This document shows positions 45,153 through 54,605 of a DNA stretch of 64,000 nucleotides, in pieces. The DNA is from Patescibacteria group bacterium (GTDB lineage: Bacteria; Patescibacteriota; Patescibacteriia; UBA9934). The notes beneath the pieces were generated by a model, which made no database searches, was not told where the DNA came from, and saw only the letters and a list, made by a program, of their open reading frames with translations. Each line of letters begins with the position of its first letter. The stretch's first letter is position 1. The position numbers and the translations under genes are program-made. The stretch is from contig JBAZWW010000002.1 of NCBI GenBank assembly GCA_041660165.1, positions 43,290 through 107,289 of the forward strand. The letters are read 5' to 3'.

Positions 45153-46343
45153 ATGAACTCATCAGACCAACAAATCGCCGAATTCCTCACCAGGAGCGTA
45201 GAGAATGTCTACCCTAAACGGGAGGCGCTTGAGATGATGCTCGAAAGCGGAAAAACTATTCGAGTTTATCTTGGCGTAGACCCAACCGGTCCGACTCTGC
45301 ACATTGGCCATGCGATTGCGATGCGCAAACTCGCTGAACTTCAACGGATGGGGCACGAAGTCATTTTGCTGATCGGTGATTTCACCGCCATGATCGGGGA
45401 CCCGACGGACAAGACTGCCACGAGGAAACGGTTGACTCGCGAAGAAGTGCTCGACAATTGTAAAACGTATCAAGAGCAGGCCTCAAAAATTTTGAATTTC
45501 TCCGGCTCGAATCCGGCCAAGCTCATGTTTAACAGTGAATGGTTGCGTAAGATGACACTCGAGGACGCGCTCGAGCTCGCTTCGCACTACACGGTTCAGC
45601 AGATGATGGAGCGCGATATGTTTGCGAAACGGTGGGAAGCAAAAAAAGAGATTCATCTCCCTGAGTTTTTGTATCCGCTTATGCAGGGTTATGATTCGGT
45701 CGCCATGGACGTTGATCTCGAGATCGGTGGGAACGATCAGACTTTCAATATGCTTGTTGGACGCACACTCATGCGTGAGATCAAAGGCAAGGAGAAAATG
45801 GTGATGACGATCAAGTTGCTCGCAGATGCGACTGGCAAAAAGATGGGCAAGACTGAGGGCAACATGATTTCTCTGGCCGACAGTGGTGAGGAGATGTATG
45901 GCAAGGTGATGAGCTGGACGGACGGGATGATTTTGAGCGGGTTCGAGCTTTGTACGGACGTGCCGGTGAATGAGATCGTCGAAATTGGCAAAAAGATGGA
46001 AGCGGGAGAGAATCCTGTGGAGTTCAAGCACCGCTTGGCCTACGAAATCGTTGCCGGCTTCATTGATGATGCTTCTGCAGATCACGCCGCCGAGCAGTTT
46101 ATGAGCGTCCATAAGGCCGGCGAGGTTCCTGATGACGTCTCGGAACTCTCGGTCGGTGCAGGCATGACGCTGGCTGATGTCCTCGTTGGTTCCGAACTCG
46201 TTCCTTCAAAGGCCGAGGTGCGTCGGCAAATCTCGCAAGGTGGAGTGAAAGTCGACGGAGTTGTTGCCGAAGATCAGATGATGATGGTGAAGGCAGGTTC
46301 GATTATCCAGAAAGGAAAGAGATTTTTTGTGCGCGCTGTCTAA
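45153..46343 (+). CDS. tyrS: Tyrosyl-tRNA synthetase
   Basis: GVDPTGPTLHIGH, YPLMQGYD, GGNDQTFN, KMGKT, S4 tail. Confidence 0.97.
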   Translation: MNSSDQQIAEFLTRSVENVYPKREALEMMLESGKTIRVYLGVDPTGPTLHIGHAIAMRKLAELQRMGHEVILLIGDFTAMIGDPTDKTATRKRLTREEVLDNCKTYQEQASKILNFSGSNPAKLMFNSEWLRKMTLEDALELASHYTVQQMMERDMFAKRWEAKKEIHLPEFLYPLMQGYDSVAMDVDLEIGGNDQTFNMLVGRTLMREIKGKEKMVMTIKLLADATGKKMGKTEGNMISLADSGEEMYGKVMSWTDGMILSGFELCTDVPVNEIVEIGKKMEAGENPVEFKHRLAYEIVAGFIDDASADHAAEQFMSVHKAGEVPDDVSELSVGAGMTLADVLVGSELVPSKAEVRRQISQGGVKVDGVVAEDQMMMVKAGSIIQKGKRFFVRAV

Positions 46344-46344
46344 T

Positions 46345-48048
46345 ATGTACGCACTTGACCAAGCAAAAAAAGAGATCCTTCTGTCGCTTAAAAAAGCGCT
46401 CGGGAAAACATATTCGGTCACGCCGGATATGCTGGTTACTCCGCCCAAGCCGGAGTACGGCGATTTGAGTTTCCCGTGTTTTGATCTGGCTAAGGGGATG
46501 AAGCGGAACCCTGCAGAAATTGCCATAGAGCTGTCCGCGAAAATGGCGCCCATGCCATTAGTGCCAAAAATCACGGCGCTTGGCCCGTATGTGAATTTTA
46601 CGTTTGACGATGTGGCGTTTACCGAGCACGTTCTTTCCGATATTTCAAAAATGAAAGCTCGCTACGGCAAATCAACCACCGGCAAGGGCAAGAAAGTACT
46701 GGTCGAGTACGTCAATTTCAACACGCACAAAGAAGTGCACGTTGGCCATCTCAGAAATCTCACGCTCGGCAAAGCTGTGGTGAACATTTTGCGAATGAAT
46801 GGTTTTGACGTGACTCCCGTCTCGTATATTAACGACCTCGGCAACAATGTTGCTCGCTGTTTGTGGGGCCTGATTCATCTGCATCCAGGCGAGGAACCGC
46901 AAGGGGACAAGTTGAATTTCCTTGGCCGAGTGTACACGGAGGCCACGCTGGCGATTGGCGAGGATGAGGCCAAGCGCGCGCAAGTTTCTGAGATCCAGCG
47001 GAAGCTCGAAAACATGGAGGGCGATGTAGTTCCTCTTTGGAAAAAGACGCACAAGTGGTCCATGGACGGCATGAAGGAAATTTTTGGCGACTTTGCTTTG
47101 GAACTTGACAAGATTTATTTGGAACACGAAATCATTGCGGACACGCATGAGATTGTGAAGCGTTTGCTGACGGAAGGAATTGCGCGTGTTTCAGAGGGGG
47201 CGGTGATTGTTGACCTTGAGGCTGAGGGATTAGGCGTGAATCTCCTGCGCAAATCTGACGGCACGCTTCTTTATAATGCGAAGGATCTAGCGCTCGCTTA
47301 TAGAAAAGAAACTGATTACGCTGCTGACCGTTCGATTATTGTGGTGGACGCCCGGCAGGCGCTTGCTTTCAAGCAACTGTCAGCCACGCTCAAACGCATG
47401 GACTTCCCGCGAGAAGTGATTCATCTTGCGTTTGATTTTGTAACCTTGCCGGAAGGTGCAATGAGTTCGCGCAAGGGGAACATTGTTCGTTGGACGGAAC
47501 TGCGGGATGCCATGAAAGAGAAGCTGGTCGAGTCTACGAAAACCCGTCATCCGGAATGGCGGGTGCGGAAGATTGAAGCCACGGCGCGCGCGCTGACGTA
47601 CTCGGCCGTGACGTTCATGATGCTCCGCCAGGATCCGGACAAGATCATTACGTTTGATATGGATGAGGCCATGGCCACGGACGGTTTTACCGGCCCGTAT
47701 CTCCTCTATACCATTGCGCGCATTGAGAGCATAAAAAAGAAGGCGCCGATGAAACTTTTGTCTGCCCCAGCTTTGCTGACGCATGAGAAAGAACGGGAGC
47801 TGATGCGATTGCTCGCAAAGTACCCGCTCATTCTTGCACAGGCCGGCGCGCAGTATCGCCCGTCCACCATTGCCCAGTACGGTTTTGATCTGGCGCAAAA
47901 GTTCGCGGGTTATTATGAGGTGGCTAGGATTATTGACGAATCGAACCCGGAATTGTCAGGCGCCCGCTTGGCACTGGCCGATGCGGTACGGCAGGTGTTA
48001 GCAAATCTTTGCGAGGTCTTGGGGCTTGTGATAGTGAAGGAGATGTAA
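46345..48048 (+). CDS. argS: Arginyl-tRNA synthetase
   Basis: HVGHLRN, KSDGTLLY, MSSRKG, GPYLLY..ARI; ends KEM. Confidence 0.95.
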   Translation: MYALDQAKKEILLSLKKALGKTYSVTPDMLVTPPKPEYGDLSFPCFDLAKGMKRNPAEIAIELSAKMAPMPLVPKITALGPYVNFTFDDVAFTEHVLSDISKMKARYGKSTTGKGKKVLVEYVNFNTHKEVHVGHLRNLTLGKAVVNILRMNGFDVTPVSYINDLGNNVARCLWGLIHLHPGEEPQGDKLNFLGRVYTEATLAIGEDEAKRAQVSEIQRKLENMEGDVVPLWKKTHKWSMDGMKEIFGDFALELDKIYLEHEIIADTHEIVKRLLTEGIARVSEGAVIVDLEAEGLGVNLLRKSDGTLLYNAKDLALAYRKETDYAADRSIIVVDARQALAFKQLSATLKRMDFPREVIHLAFDFVTLPEGAMSSRKGNIVRWTELRDAMKEKLVESTKTRHPEWRVRKIEATARALTYSAVTFMMLRQDPDKIITFDMDEAMATDGFTGPYLLYTIARIESIKKKAPMKLLSAPALLTHEKERELMRLLAKYPLILAQAGAQYRPSTIAQYGFDLAQKFAGYYEVARIIDESNPELSGARLALADAVRQVLANLCEVLGLVIVKEM

Positions 48049-48055
48049 GTGAAGA

Positions 48056-48100
48056 ACAGATAAACACAGATCGAGTAAACACGACAGATTAAACACAGAT
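48056..48100. repeat. Short tandem repeat (ACAGATNNACACAGAT units)
   Basis: acagataaacacagatc ... acgacagattaaacacagat. Confidence 0.75.
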
Positions 48101-48105
48101 ATTAT

Positions 48106-48471
48106 ATGGCAAAAAATACGGGGGGAGAGACAATAATAGCTCGTGGGGTTCGGATAGAAGGGGATTTTATTGCCGAAGGCGATATCATCATTGAAGGCGA
48201 GGTGAGAGGGAAGATTTCTACGGCAGGGGATTTGCGGATCGGCGAAGATGCGCACGTGGAGGCAGATATTAAGGCGGTCAACGCGGTTATTGCTGGAGAC
48301 GTTCACGGCAATATGGTGGTAGAGTCCAGACTTGATCTTTTAGCATCCTCTCATGTTTCGGGCGATGTAAGGGTGGACACGCTGGCGGTAGAAGCTGGCG
48401 CGCAGGTGAATGGCACGATTCATATGGGCGCGGAGGAAGTAAAAACTAAGAAAAAAGGGAGTGAGGAGTAA
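48106..48471 (+). CDS. Bactofilin (polymer-forming cytoskeletal protein)
   Basis: TIIARGVRIEGD..IIEGEVRG beta-helix repeats. Confidence 0.9.
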   Translation: MAKNTGGETIIARGVRIEGDFIAEGDIIIEGEVRGKISTAGDLRIGEDAHVEADIKAVNAVIAGDVHGNMVVESRLDLLASSHVSGDVRVDTLAVEAGAQVNGTIHMGAEEVKTKKKGSEE

Positions 48472-48473
48472 GT

Positions 48474-49214
48474 GTGTACTCCTACATTTACGATGAATCT
48501 CTTGAGGACCGCCGGCATGAGCGGGAAATCGCTCTGGTTGAAACGCGGTTGACGGATCTTGGCATCACCGGGAAAATTGTCCGCCTGGCGCTTTTTCGTG
48601 ATGCCGTGCGCGTGATGCGGGAGGAAGTGCGTTCAGGGATCACTACCATTGTTGCCGTGGGCAATGATGAGACGCTATATCGGGCGATTGAAGCGGTGGG
48701 GGATTCAAAAGTGGTTGTGGCCTTTATTCCGATTGGCTCAACCACGCCCATGGCGGATCTCCTTGGTATTCCACAGGGTATGGCCGCGTGCGATATTCTT
48801 TCCGCAAGATTAGTGGCGGATATGGATTTGGGCGAGGTAAACGGACGCCGGTTTCTGCACGCCGCTAAGCTTGACGGTACGCAGGCCACGGTGTTGTGCG
48901 ACGGTCTTTTCACGGCTATTCCTTTGAAGAAATGTACAATGGAGATCAGGAATTTGTACCATCCTGACGCTGTTGCCAGCGCGGATCCCACGGACGGGAA
49001 GCTGACGCTAGTGATCCGCGTGCCAAGATTTTCTTTACTAAAAAAACGGGAAGATGTGAGTATTATCCCGTTTAAAAAGGCGCGTTTTTTCCTGCAAGGC
49101 GGGGGCACTATGGTGGTGGACGGAGAAGAAGTAACGGCCGAAGAATTTGATGTGCGGGCTATTCCTGGGCGTTTGCGTCTGGTGACGGGGAAAGAACGGA
49201 AATTTGGAGTTTGA
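48474..49214 (+). CDS. Diacylglycerol-kinase-like protein (divergent)
   Basis: IVAVGNDET, FIPIG, MDLGEVNG, DPTDGKL, VDGE. Confidence 0.7.
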   Translation: MYSYIYDESLEDRRHEREIALVETRLTDLGITGKIVRLALFRDAVRVMREEVRSGITTIVAVGNDETLYRAIEAVGDSKVVVAFIPIGSTTPMADLLGIPQGMAACDILSARLVADMDLGEVNGRRFLHAAKLDGTQATVLCDGLFTAIPLKKCTMEIRNLYHPDAVASADPTDGKLTLVIRVPRFSLLKKREDVSIIPFKKARFFLQGGGTMVVDGEEVTAEEFDVRAIPGRLRLVTGKERKFGV

Positions 49215-49650
49215 TCTTTTTGAGGGTGAGGAGGACATGGACGCCAAGGATAACAAGAATGAGAGAGAGGCCGGCGCTCACCATGCAATATTTGCAAATG
49301 GCGTGAATTACAAACAGCTGAAGCCCCACGAGCCAGGCCGAGGTGAAGATGCTGGCAATACTGAGGACGGAAACCGCCGTGAGCGCGTGCTCAACACCAA
49401 ATTCGCGGTAGACGAGCGCGCCAAAAAACATGGTGATGTAGAAGAGCATACCAATCAGCGAGAGAGGAATTCCGAAGACGCTGGAGTACGCGCTCTGTGA
49501 AACCGTTTCACATCCGCTTGAGGCCCCGCACCTGAGCGGAGTGCCGAATACTTTGTGCGCGGTCAGGTATCCGGAGTCCATGAGGCCAAGCATGGCGAGC
49601 GCCATAATGCCTCCAGCTACGCGTCTTAGTCCCTGGTCAATTTTTGTCAT
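49159..49650 (-). CDS. VKOR-family thiol oxidoreductase
   Basis: CGASSGCETV loop, GIPLSLIG, ICKYC. Confidence 0.9.
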   Translation of the reverse strand: MTKIDQGLRRVAGGIMALAMLGLMDSGYLTAHKVFGTPLRCGASSGCETVSQSAYSSVFGIPLSLIGMLFYITMFFGALVYREFGVEHALTAVSVLSIASIFTSAWLVGLQLFVIHAICKYCMVSAGLSLILVILGVHVLLTLKKIKLQISVLSPSPDANAQE

Positions 49651-49712
49651 AATAAAGCGATAGTACTACTGCTTGCGGGGTGTGTACAAATGCACCGCCT
49701 TTGAGACGCCGG

Positions 49713-49774
49713 TGCTATACTCCTAAACACAACATATAGTGTGTGCCACTTATGCACACCACTATATGCTGGAA
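49713..49774 (+). promoter_or_regulatory. Extended -10 promoter and tandem NrdR boxes
   Basis: TGcTATACT (49713-49721); acacaacatatagtgt (49727-49742) and ccactatatgctggaa (49759-49774), offset by 32 bp, matching the acaCwAtATaTwGtgt consensus. Confidence 0.8.
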
Positions 49775-49781
49775 ATCGCGT

Positions 49782-49976
49782 ATGTCCTGTGTTCTGAAAG
49801 AATACCGTTGCCACGGGTGCCAAAAACTCCTTTTTAAGGGAGTCATCGTGGATAGCGTGATTGAGATAAAATGCCGGACGTGCCACGCCCTCAATACTAT
49901 TGAGGAGCGCAGTGCGAACGAGTATTTGTGCGGGATTGTGCCGTGTCCGCATAGGGTGCCGGTTGGGAAAACCTAG
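49782..49976 (+). CDS. Com-like zinc-ribbon protein (64 aa)
   Basis: EYRCHGCQKLLFKG..IEIKCRTCHALN, the Mu Com-family pattern; extra C..C.H tail. Confidence 0.75.
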   Translation: MSCVLKEYRCHGCQKLLFKGVIVDSVIEIKCRTCHALNTIEERSANEYLCGIVPCPHRVPVGKT

Positions 49977-49996
49977 AAAAATCCATAAGAAGCTCC

Positions 49997-50034
49997 AGAA
50001 GCTCACCCCAGGTGAGTTTTTATTTATTTCTTTT
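49997..50034 (+). terminator. Putative attenuator terminator directly upstream of nrdD
   Basis: agaagctcacc-cca-ggtgagttttt followed by atttatttctttt. Confidence 0.6.
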
Positions 50035-51879
50035 ATGAATGAAGCGCTCAAGCAGACAGGAGCCACGGTGGACGTGGGGAAGACCATTGGCGAATACCTG
50101 GCCAAGGCCGATTGGCGGGTCAATGCCAATTCGAATCAAGGATTTTCGCTTGGCGGGATGATTTTGAACACCGCCGGAAAGGTGACCGCCAATTATTGGC
50201 TGTCGCATGTCTACCCGTCCGCAGTGGGTGAGGCGCACCGAGACGGCTCGGTTCATATTCATGACTTGGATATGTTTTCCGGCTATTGCGCTGGCTGGAG
50301 CCTCCGCGCCTTGCTTGAGGAGGGTTTTAACGGCGTAGCGGAGAAGATTGAGTCCGGTCCGCCAAAGCATCTGTCTTCCGCGGTGGCGCAAATGGTGAAT
50401 TTTCTTGGCACGCTCCAGAACGAATGGGCTGGCGCGCAGGCCTTTTCCAGTTTTGACACGTACCTGGCTCCCTTTGTGAAAAAGTATGAGCTTGAAATGC
50501 GGGAAGAGCTGACCGCTTCCGGGGCCACGTTTCCAAGCGAGGCAGACCTTGAAAAATATATTGAGGATCGGGTGTATAAGTACGTTCACCAGCAAGTACA
50601 ATCATTCGTCTTTAATTTGAACATTCCCTCGCGCTGGGGGACGCAGACGCCGTTTACCAATATCACGCTTGACTGGGATTGTCCGGACGATTTGAAGCCG
50701 AAGCGTTTGTTGCTCGGTGGAAAACCCTTTGCGTATACCTTTGGCGAACTAGGGAAACAGATGGACATGGTTAACCGCGCGTTCATTGAGGTTATGATGA
50801 AGGGTGATGAAAAAGGAAGGACGTTTACGTTTCCGATCCCTACCTATAACGTGACTAAGGATTTTGCCTGGGAAGATCCTAAGAACCTTCCGCTTTTCGA
50901 AATGACTGCCAAATACGGCACGCCGTATTTCCAGAACTTTGTGAATTCTGATTTGAACCCTGGTGATGTACGAAGCATGTGTTGCCGGTTGCAGTTGAAC
51001 CTAAATGAACTTAGAAAGCGCGGAGGCGGGCTCTTCGGCTCAGCGGAAATGACGGGTTCGATCGGCGTGGTCACGGTGAACGCAGCGAGAATCGGTTATG
51101 AATACAAGGGCGACCGGGAAGGGTTCATGCGGCGCATTGGCGAACTCATGGAACTTGGTAAAACCTCGCTTGAAATTAAACGCAAAGTAATTCAGGAATG
51201 GATTGATGTGGGCCTGTTCCCGTTCACCAAGCGGTATCTTGGTTACTTGCGCAATCACTTTTCTACTATCGGCGTGAACGGTATCAATGAAGCGATCAGA
51301 AACTTTACGGATGATAAGGAAAATGTAGCTACGCCATGGGGCCAGGCATTTGCAACTGAGATACTCGACTTCATGCGTCTCAAACTTGCTGACTTCCAGG
51401 AAGAGACAAAACACTTCTATAACCTTGAAGCCACGCCAGCGGAAGGTGCAACCTACCGCTTTGCAAAGGAAGACCAAAAGCGGTTTGCGGGCATTCTCCA
51501 GGCAGGAACGTTTGAAGCGCCGTATTACACTAATTCATCTCAGCTTCCTGTGGGTTATACGGATGATGTGTTCCTGGCGCTTGAACTTCAAGATGCCCTT
51601 CAGACAAAATATACCGGTGGAACCGTCTTCCACGCGTACATGACGGAACGTTTGCCAAGCGGAGAGCACTGCAGAAATCTAGTGCGGAAAATTTTGTCTC
51701 GCTTCCGGCTTCCGTATATTACGATCACACCTACGTTCTCTATCTGCCCTAAGCACGGTTACCTCACGGGGGAATGGGACTGGTGCCCCAAGTGCGATAC
51801 AGAGAAGGGCGTGTCTCAGGCTCCGCGTCTAGATCCCGTGATTCGCTTGAAGCACGAAAGCGCGCTCTCCGCTAAATAA
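50035..51879 (+). CDS. nrdD: Class III ribonucleotide reductase catalytic subunit (no ATP cone, no glycyl-radical domain)
   Basis: HIHDL, YCAGW, GAQA, FTFPIPT, RSMCCRL, EATPAE, YTGGTVFH, CPKH..CPKC then stop. Confidence 0.93.
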   Translation: MNEALKQTGATVDVGKTIGEYLAKADWRVNANSNQGFSLGGMILNTAGKVTANYWLSHVYPSAVGEAHRDGSVHIHDLDMFSGYCAGWSLRALLEEGFNGVAEKIESGPPKHLSSAVAQMVNFLGTLQNEWAGAQAFSSFDTYLAPFVKKYELEMREELTASGATFPSEADLEKYIEDRVYKYVHQQVQSFVFNLNIPSRWGTQTPFTNITLDWDCPDDLKPKRLLLGGKPFAYTFGELGKQMDMVNRAFIEVMMKGDEKGRTFTFPIPTYNVTKDFAWEDPKNLPLFEMTAKYGTPYFQNFVNSDLNPGDVRSMCCRLQLNLNELRKRGGGLFGSAEMTGSIGVVTVNAARIGYEYKGDREGFMRRIGELMELGKTSLEIKRKVIQEWIDVGLFPFTKRYLGYLRNHFSTIGVNGINEAIRNFTDDKENVATPWGQAFATEILDFMRLKLADFQEETKHFYNLEATPAEGATYRFAKEDQKRFAGILQAGTFEAPYYTNSSQLPVGYTDDVFLALELQDALQTKYTGGTVFHAYMTERLPSGEHCRNLVRKILSRFRLPYITITPTFSICPKHGYLTGEWDWCPKCDTEKGVSQAPRLDPVIRLKHESALSAK

Positions 51880-51904
51880 TTATTGTCTTTATAAAAACGC
51901 TTCT

Positions 51905-52129
51905 ATGGATTCCCTGAATAGTGCCGTGGGTTGCGAGGGCCAGGCTACACTCCCGGAGAGGACGCGGTGCGAAGTGTGGACGCGCGTCATGGGCTATCAC
52001 CGTCCCGTGGCCTACTTCAACATCGGCAAGAAGTCAGAACATTATTCACGCAAGCATTTTGACGCCTGCGTTGACGGCAATTCCGCGTTTTCGGCGCAGT
52101 ACGCTCCGGCAACTGCGGCCTTATGCTAA
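51905..52129 (+). CDS. Stand-alone NrdD glycyl-radical domain
   Basis: RTRCEVWTRVMGYHRPV..FNIGKKSE. Confidence 0.85.
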   Translation: MDSLNSAVGCEGQATLPERTRCEVWTRVMGYHRPVAYFNIGKKSEHYSRKHFDACVDGNSAFSAQYAPATAALC

Positions 52130-52827
52130 TCTCCGGCATCCAGCCCTGCACCTTCCTTGACTATCCGAACAAAACGGCCTGCATAGTCTTCACGCCGGGG
52201 TGCAATTTCCGTTGTGCGTATTGTCATAATCCCGAATTTGTTCTCCCTGAGCGGATTGCAAAATTACGGCCAAACTTCATTCCAGAGGAGACGTTCTTCC
52301 GGTTTCTTGATCGGCGGACAGATCTCCTTGACGGGGTGGTAGTAACGGGAGGAGAACCAACGCTCATGCCGGATTTGCTTGAGTTTTTGCGCAAGGTGAA
52401 GGACAAGGGGTTTAAGACAAAATTGGACACAAATGGCAATCGTCCGGCGGTGCTCAAGCGTGCGCTTGACGAAGGACTTGTTGATTACGTGGCCATGGAT
52501 GTGAAAACCAGCTTGGCCGAGTATAAAAACCTGGCCGGCATTCTGGCTGACCCTGATAAGATTGCGGAAAGCATTGAGATTCTTAAAGCAAGTCCGGTTG
52601 AGAGTGAATTCCGCTGTACCATCCTCAAAGAGTTTCATCCGCAGAGAGTCCTTGATGACATGGCAGAGCTTCTGGCGGGTGCTAAGATTTTTTATCTCCA
52701 AAAGTTTAGACCAGGCGTGACCCTCAAAGAAGAGGCGGGGGGATACCATCCATTTACGAACGAGGAAACGGAGGAGATTGCAAATTTCTTCCGCCAGACC
52801 GTTCCTAGTGTTATTATTCGAGCATAA
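52123..52827 (+). CDS. nrdG: Anaerobic RNR activating radical-SAM enzyme
   Basis: GCNFRCAYCHNP, VTGGEPT, KLDTNG. Confidence 0.93.
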   Translation: MLISGIQPCTFLDYPNKTACIVFTPGCNFRCAYCHNPEFVLPERIAKLRPNFIPEETFFRFLDRRTDLLDGVVVTGGEPTLMPDLLEFLRKVKDKGFKTKLDTNGNRPAVLKRALDEGLVDYVAMDVKTSLAEYKNLAGILADPDKIAESIEILKASPVESEFRCTILKEFHPQRVLDDMAELLAGAKIFYLQKFRPGVTLKEEAGGYHPFTNEETEEIANFFRQTVPSVIIRA

Positions 52828-52828
52828 T

Positions 52829-53323
52829 ATGAAATATACATCTGAGCAGTTGGTGTGGGTCAGTGCGCGGTTTGCCATGGGCTTCATTTTCTTCTGGGCG
52901 TATCTTGATAAGCTGTTCGGACTTGGTTTTGCTACGGCGTCCGGCAAGTCATGGCTTGACGGCGTTTCACCAACTACGGGTTTCCTTGGCCACTCATCGG
53001 GCTGGTTTGCGGGTGCCTTCCAGGCGCTTGCGGGGAGCGGGGTGGTTGATGTCCTCTTCATGTTTGGGCTTCTGCTTATTGGCCTGGCGCTTCTTCTTGG
53101 TGTTGGCATGCGCGTGGCTGGCTGGGCTGGCGCACTCATGGTGCTCCTCATGTGGCTCGCTAAGTTTCCGCCGGTCCAAAACCCCATCATTGATGAACAC
53201 ACGGTCTATCTCATTGTTCTTATCGGCCTTGCCGTGACAAGCACAAAGCCCGGTCGGATTTTTGGCCTTGGTCAGGCGTGGGCAAAGACGGCTCTCGTGA
53301 AGAAATACCCTGTACTCGAATAA
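52829..53323 (+). CDS. DoxX/DoxD-family membrane protein
   Basis: RFAMGFIFFWAYLDKLFG, SPTTGFL, NPIIDEH. Confidence 0.8.
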   Translation: MKYTSEQLVWVSARFAMGFIFFWAYLDKLFGLGFATASGKSWLDGVSPTTGFLGHSSGWFAGAFQALAGSGVVDVLFMFGLLLIGLALLLGVGMRVAGWAGALMVLLMWLAKFPPVQNPIIDEHTVYLIVLIGLAVTSTKPGRIFGLGQAWAKTALVKKYPVLE

Positions 53324-53342
53324 GCTTCCCAATCTTCAAAAG

Positions 53343-53377
53343 AAAAAGCATCCGGAATTCCGGATGCTTTTTTTTTG
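53343..53377. terminator. Bidirectional terminator
   Basis: aaaaagcatccggaattccggatgcttttt palindrome between convergent genes. Confidence 0.8.
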
Positions 53378-53384
53378 TTGGGCT

Positions 53385-54107
53385 CTATTTTTGAGTTGTA
53401 GTATCTACAGGTGGTGTGGCCGGAGCTTGCTCTGCCGGAGTAGCGGTCGTAAGCGCGTCATCAAGGAGTTTCTTAAAGGCCGGATATCCATTTGGATTAT
53501 CAATGGTCTTGCCATTCAAGAAGAACGTAGGCGTGCCGTTAATGCCGGCGCGGACTCCGCCCTGGTAATCTTTGGTGACGGTTGTCTTGCTCTCATTGCT
53601 GTTCATGTACTTCTCAAAGTCATCTACATTGAGGCTGAGGCTTTTTGCATAGCCCTTCAGCGTCTCGCGGGGATCGGGCTGGTCTACCCAATCGCTTTGC
53701 TTGGCGAACAAGAGCTGGGCATATTGAAAGAACTGTCCCTGTTTTCCAGCGGCCTCTGAGGCCCGGGCGGCAATTTCTGCATTAGGGTGTTTGGAGTAAA
53801 TGGGGAAGTGGCGGAAAACGAATCGAACCTTGTCCGAGTAATCCACCATCAGTTTTTCCACGAGCGGAGCATATGCTCCACAGGCCGGACATTGGAAATC
53901 TGAGTACTCGACTAGTGTAACGGCTGAATCAAGCTTACCCGTCACGTGATCCGTGGGCAGGATGTCATTGGCCAGGGGAGAGCCAACCTGCGTGCTGTCC
54001 TGCATCTTGGCCACGAGGACAAGGAAGCCGAGGACGGCAACGATGCCAACTGCCCAGGCAACGATGGTCCCAACCTTCTTCATAACCGTTTGTTTATCCA
54101 TTTGCAT
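53385..54107 (-). CDS. DsbA-family thiol-disulfide oxidoreductase
   Basis: VEYSDFQCPAC, FRHFP, GTPTFFLNG. Confidence 0.92.
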   Translation of the reverse strand: MQMDKQTVMKKVGTIVAWAVGIVAVLGFLVLVAKMQDSTQVGSPLANDILPTDHVTGKLDSAVTLVEYSDFQCPACGAYAPLVEKLMVDYSDKVRFVFRHFPIYSKHPNAEIAARASEAAGKQGQFFQYAQLLFAKQSDWVDQPDPRETLKGYAKSLSLNVDDFEKYMNSNESKTTVTKDYQGGVRAGINGTPTFFLNGKTIDNPNGYPAFKKLLDDALTTATPAEQAPATPPVDTTTQK

Positions 54108-54145
54108 AGTAGGAAAAGGGTAGCACAGCCCCATAAAAAACAAAA

Positions 54146-54188
54146 CGACCCCACTTCGTCCAGCTGAGCTGGACTACGTTGGGGGTCG
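54146..54188. repeat. REP-like hairpin (family D) acting as tRNA terminator
   Basis: cgaccccacttcgtccagctgagctggactacgttgggggtcg; similar to RNase P helix P3 (23498-23534). Confidence 0.65.
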
Positions 54189-54191
54189 CTT

Positions 54192-54277
54192 TGGTGCGCG
54201 AGAGAGGACTCGAACCTCCACACCATTGCTGGCACCAGCCCCTCAAGCTGGCGTGTCTACCATTTCACCACTCGCGC
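54192..54277 (-). tRNA. tRNA-Leu(GAG), CCA encoded
   Basis: Anticodon arm ccagc-ttGAGgg-gctgg, long variable arm. Confidence 0.95.
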
Positions 54278-54372
54278 ATAGCTCAATGAACGCGAATACT
54301 ATACTTGAGGAATCGGCCCTTGGCAAGAAGGTTTTCGTCTAGTACACTGACGCGGATTTGGAATTTGTTCAT

Positions 54373-54449
54373 GGACGCTTAGCTCAGCTGGTTAGAGCGA
54401 CTCGTTTACACCGAGTAGGTCGAGGGTTCGAACCCCCCAGCGTCCACCA
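54373..54449 (+). tRNA. tRNA-Val(TAC), CCA encoded
   Basis: Anticodon arm actcg-ttTACac-cgagt. Confidence 0.95.
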
Positions 54450-54450
54450 C

Positions 54451-54526
54451 GGGCCCTTAGCGCAGCTGGTAGCGCGTTTCCATGGCATGGAAAAGGTCAC
54501 CGGTTCGATCCCGGTAGGGTCCACCA
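54451..54526 (+). tRNA. tRNA-Ala(GGC), CCA encoded
   Basis: G3:U70 pair; anticodon arm tttcc-atGGCat-ggaaa. Confidence 0.95.
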
Positions 54527-54605
54527 CAAGAAGATGTCTCGAACAGAGATGTCTTTTTGTTTTTTGGGGTACAATGGCCGTAAGGAATTCTTTGACGAGC
54601 GATTT

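Noticed and set aside
52264-53202. 312-aa minus-strand ORF over nrdG/doxX (and 48488..49297)
   Set aside because: Antisense to well-supported genes, with no motifs
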